Shown here: piece by piece, positions 60,774 to 64,000 of the stretch
Layout: each line of letters begins with the position of its first letter
Position numbering within the stretch: position 1 is the stretch's first letter
Source: Squalus acanthias
Lineage: Eukaryota
Direction: 5' to 3'
Length of the DNA: 64,000 bases
Assembly (NCBI GenBank): GCA_030390025.1
Contig: CM059432.1
Span: forward strand, 74,340,001 to 74,404,000
Position numbers and translations under genes: made by a program
The notes under the pieces: model-generated
The model's input: only the letters and a program-made list of their open reading frames with translations
The model's database searches: none
Told to the model about the DNA's origin: nothing

Positions 60774-63518
60774 GGCCGTGATTTTGCTGGCGCTCAGAGG
60801 GTGGGTTTGGAGGTGGGTCAGAGGTTAAAGTCGTTTTGATTGACAGCAGGTTCTGAACCCGCTGTCAACCCACCTCCACACAACCTTCCCAAGTGTCGGG
60901 TCCCCAATTTGCGAATGGACCCGACACCTAGCGGCGGGAAACGGAGTAAAGGCAATTAACTGCCTGTTAACAGGTACTTGTGAGCAGTTTTCAGGGTCTT
61001 TTTTGATTTTCCAGCTTCTGGGTCAGTTTTACGACGTCCGGACAACACGCCAGATAAGTGTGGCGTGTTGTGAGTCTGGTCTGATGTTTGTGAAAAGATG
61101 ACAGCTGCAGAAGTGGTGTCAAGGATATCATGTGGCAATCAGTAACTAGTGGTGTTCCACAGGGGTCAGTGCTGGGTCCCCAACTCTTCACAATCTATAT
61201 TAACGATTTGGAGGAAGGGACCAAGTGTAACATATCAAAATTTGCAGATGATACAAAGATGGGAGGGAAAGTAGTGAGTGAGGAGGACATAAAAAACCTG
61301 CAAGGGGACATAGACAGGCTAAGTAAGTGGGCAGAGATTTGGCAGATGGAATACAACACTGGAAAGTGTGAGGTGATGCACTTTGGCAGGAAAAATCCTC
61401 GAGCAATTTATTATCTTAATGGCAAGAAACTGGAGAGTACTGAAGTGCAAAGGGATCTGGGGGTCCTGGTGCACGAAACTCAAAAGGTTAGTATGCAGGT
61501 GCAGCAAGTGATTAAGAAGGCAAATGGAATGTTGGCTTTCATTGCTAGGGGGATAGAATATAAAAATAGGGAGGTATTGCTTCAGTTGTACAAGGTATTG
61601 GTGAGACCGCACCTGGAATACTGCATACAGTTTTGGTGTCCTTACTTAAGGAAAGACATCCTTGCTCTCGAGGCAGTGCAAAAAAGGTTCACTCGGTTAA
61701 TCCCGGGGATGAGGGGGTGGTCATATGAGGAGAGGTTGGGTAGATTGGGACTCTACTCATTGGAGTTCAGAAGAATGAGAGGCGATCTTATTGAAACATA
61801 TAAGATTGTGAAGGGGTTGGATCGGGTGGATGCGGGGAGGATGTTCCCGATGACGGGTGAGACGAGAACTAGGGGACATAGTCTTAGAATAAGGGGCTGC
61901 TCTTTCAAAACTGAGATGAGGAGGAACTACTTCACTCAGAGGGTGGTAGGTCCATGGAATATGCTGCCACAAAAAGCTGTAGAAGCTACAACATTAATTA
62001 AATTTAAAACAGAAATAGACAGTTTCCTAGAAGTAAAGGGCATTAAGGGTTACGGGGAGCGGGCAGGAATTTGGACATGAGTCTAGGTTCGGATCGGTCA
62101 TGGCCCTGTGGGTAGTGGAGCGGGCCCAGGGACTGTGTAGCCTGATTCTGCTCCTATTTCGTGTGTGCAATTCTGTTAGATGCAGGAGATGGTTCTGTGA
62201 TAGATAGTAGATTGGCGGTTAGGATCAGATCAGCCATGATCTTATTGAATGGCGGAGCAGGCTCGAGGGGCCGATTGGCCTACTCCTGCTCCTATTTCTT
62301 ATGTTCTTATGTTCTTATGGTGAGTTTCAGAGCAAAGAAAATGTTGGTTACTGCATTTGTAATACATATACAGATTTCTTTAGCTTACAAGTTTTTAAAT
62401 CCAACTGTATGTCCAGTGCTACCTCATTGGGAGAACCTCTCTCACCAGTGACAGATCACTTCTGTCATCTTACCTGCAGCTGCCATCTATTCCAGCAACA
62501 TCGGAGCCAATGAAACAATCAGACATTGGTCCTCTGAATCCTTCCACAATCATCCCAACACCAACATCACCAACCTCATCACCAACCTTTGCTGCCATCA
62601 CCTGATGCTGCACTGGACACAGGGCATCAGCCCCTGACAAAATTGCTGGCCGGGAGGCCAACGATGGCATCACCATGGTCAGACTTTCTTCACTTGATGC
62701 TGTAAACCCTGGCTGCCACATGATGTGCCAGGTTGACACCATCCCACACCAGCACTGTGAAGCATCCCTTTAATGTCCAAGCCATTCCATGCACACACAT
62801 CACTATAGCGGGGCGGGGGGAGGGGGGGAGTTATGGCTGAACAATCACAGGAACTCAGTAAGACACTTCTCAATGTGTACTCAGATCTGTCCAATAAGGG
62901 GCACTTTTTGAAAAAGAGATTTCACTGTATGACAACACATTACCAGAAACTTCACATGGACATTGACTAAACCTCTCAAGTGCCCACCCTTGTGTGTTGT
63001 TAGTTGGTATGCTTGCAGTAGAATGAGGGTGAGTGTGAGAGGTGGCTAGTGAGATGGGGAAGTGATAAAGTAGATAGAGAGGGTTGGGTGGAGGTGCAAG
63101 GTAAGTTGGTGTCCTGGGGATGTCTTTTCCGCCCTTGGAAGGGAAGAGAACCTCCCTGCGTACTGTGACTCCCTCCATAAGCATATGGAGGGAGTCATTG
63201 GAGAGTCTGGTGCAAGAGTTCACCTTTGTGCAGTGATTGTCAGTGTTTTCAGCACCTCAATGCTGTCAAACACTGAAAAATCAACTGTCAAAATAAAATT
63301 GTGCATGGTCCCTTTAAGGAAACCGGCAGATGACACATCATCAAATGACGTCATCAGACCCGCTTCCTGTTAATTGGCCGGTAAACCCGCAGGGCGGGCT
63401 TAACAAGGCCAATCAAGGGAAAATCACATCTGAAGAGCGGAGGCAGCTGGGGGCGGGATTGGAACCCGGAAACCAGCTGACCCGCCCCAATCCCGACACC
63501 GATGAGAAAATCGTGGCC
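60774..63518 (-). mobile_element. Non-autonomous PIF/Harbinger element with Myb/SANT remnant (about 63110-63223) and a nested CR1
   Basis: TIRs GGCCGTGATTTT / AAAATCGTGGCC; exact TSD TGA; DSLHMLMEGV..REVLFPS; homologous to 33172-35775. Confidence 0.9.
61120..62319 (+). mobile_element. Young 5'-truncated CR1 (open 316-codon RT C-terminus, 61130..62080)
   Basis: GVPQGSVLGP and FADD with no stops; (TTCTTATG)3 tail. Confidence 0.95.
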
Positions 63519-64000
63519 TGAGTATCTCCGCTTCCACGACTTCTGTCGGTAGTGAATTCCAGGTCATCAGCACTCGCTGCGTAAAAAAGTTTTTCCTCAC
63601 ATCCCCCCTGTATCTCTTGCCCAAAACCTTAAATCTGTGTCCCCTAGTCCTTGTACCATCAACTAGTGGGAACAGTTTTTCCCCGTCTAGGCTATTCAAA
63701 CCTGTCATAATCTTGTACACCTCTATCAAATCACCCCTCAACCTCCTTTGCTCTAATGAAAACAAATCCAGCTTCTCCAATCTTTCCTTGTAGCTAAGAT
63801 CCACCATCCCCGGAACCATTCTGGTAAATCTCCTCTGCACCCTCTCAAGGGCCTTCACATCCTTCCTGAAGTGTGATGACCAGAACTGGACACAATACTC
63901 CAGTTGTGGCCTAACCAGCGCTTTATAAAGGTTCAGCATAACTTCTCTACTTTTGTACTCAATACCTCTAATTATGAAGCCCAAGATCCCATATGCTTTG

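Larger units (their letters stand above)
60614..64000 (-). mobile_element. CR1 3' part (63519-64000 and 60614-60773) split by a Harbinger element; runs off the window
   Basis: WNSLPTEVVEAEIL continues as NVFKGRLDRHLRE once 60774-63521 is removed. Confidence 0.93.

Overview
Vertebrate genomic DNA. The repeat content (esterase-type CR1 LINEs, DeuSINE/SacSINE1-like SINEs, an HE1-like fragment) points to a cartilaginous fish; this is an inference. The window holds the last six coding exons and the 3' UTR of CHD7 on the + strand (4275-21259, poly(A) signal about 22117). The introns and about 42 kb of downstream DNA are packed with nested transposons: many CR1 LINEs (one with a fully open 978-aa ORF2 inside a CHD7 intron), a second CR1-group LINE family, L2 fragments, a Vingi/Ingi-like fragment, DeuSINEs, a family of PIF/Harbinger elements and MITEs, and a 2-kb minisatellite grown inside an L2 remnant. 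The most interesting signal is that three divergent CR1 copies carry an in-phase T TTA AAC slippery heptamer at the ORF1 end. In the two readable copies the ORF2 frame is open in -1 through it, which suggests programmed -1 frameshifting to an ORF1-ORF2 fusion. Also notable are a Harbinger MITE family with a Y-WNW-R target preference and MITEs rich in hairpins and splice donors. Repeat boundaries are approximate unless TIR/TSD positions are given. Family names come from recognition, not database searches.
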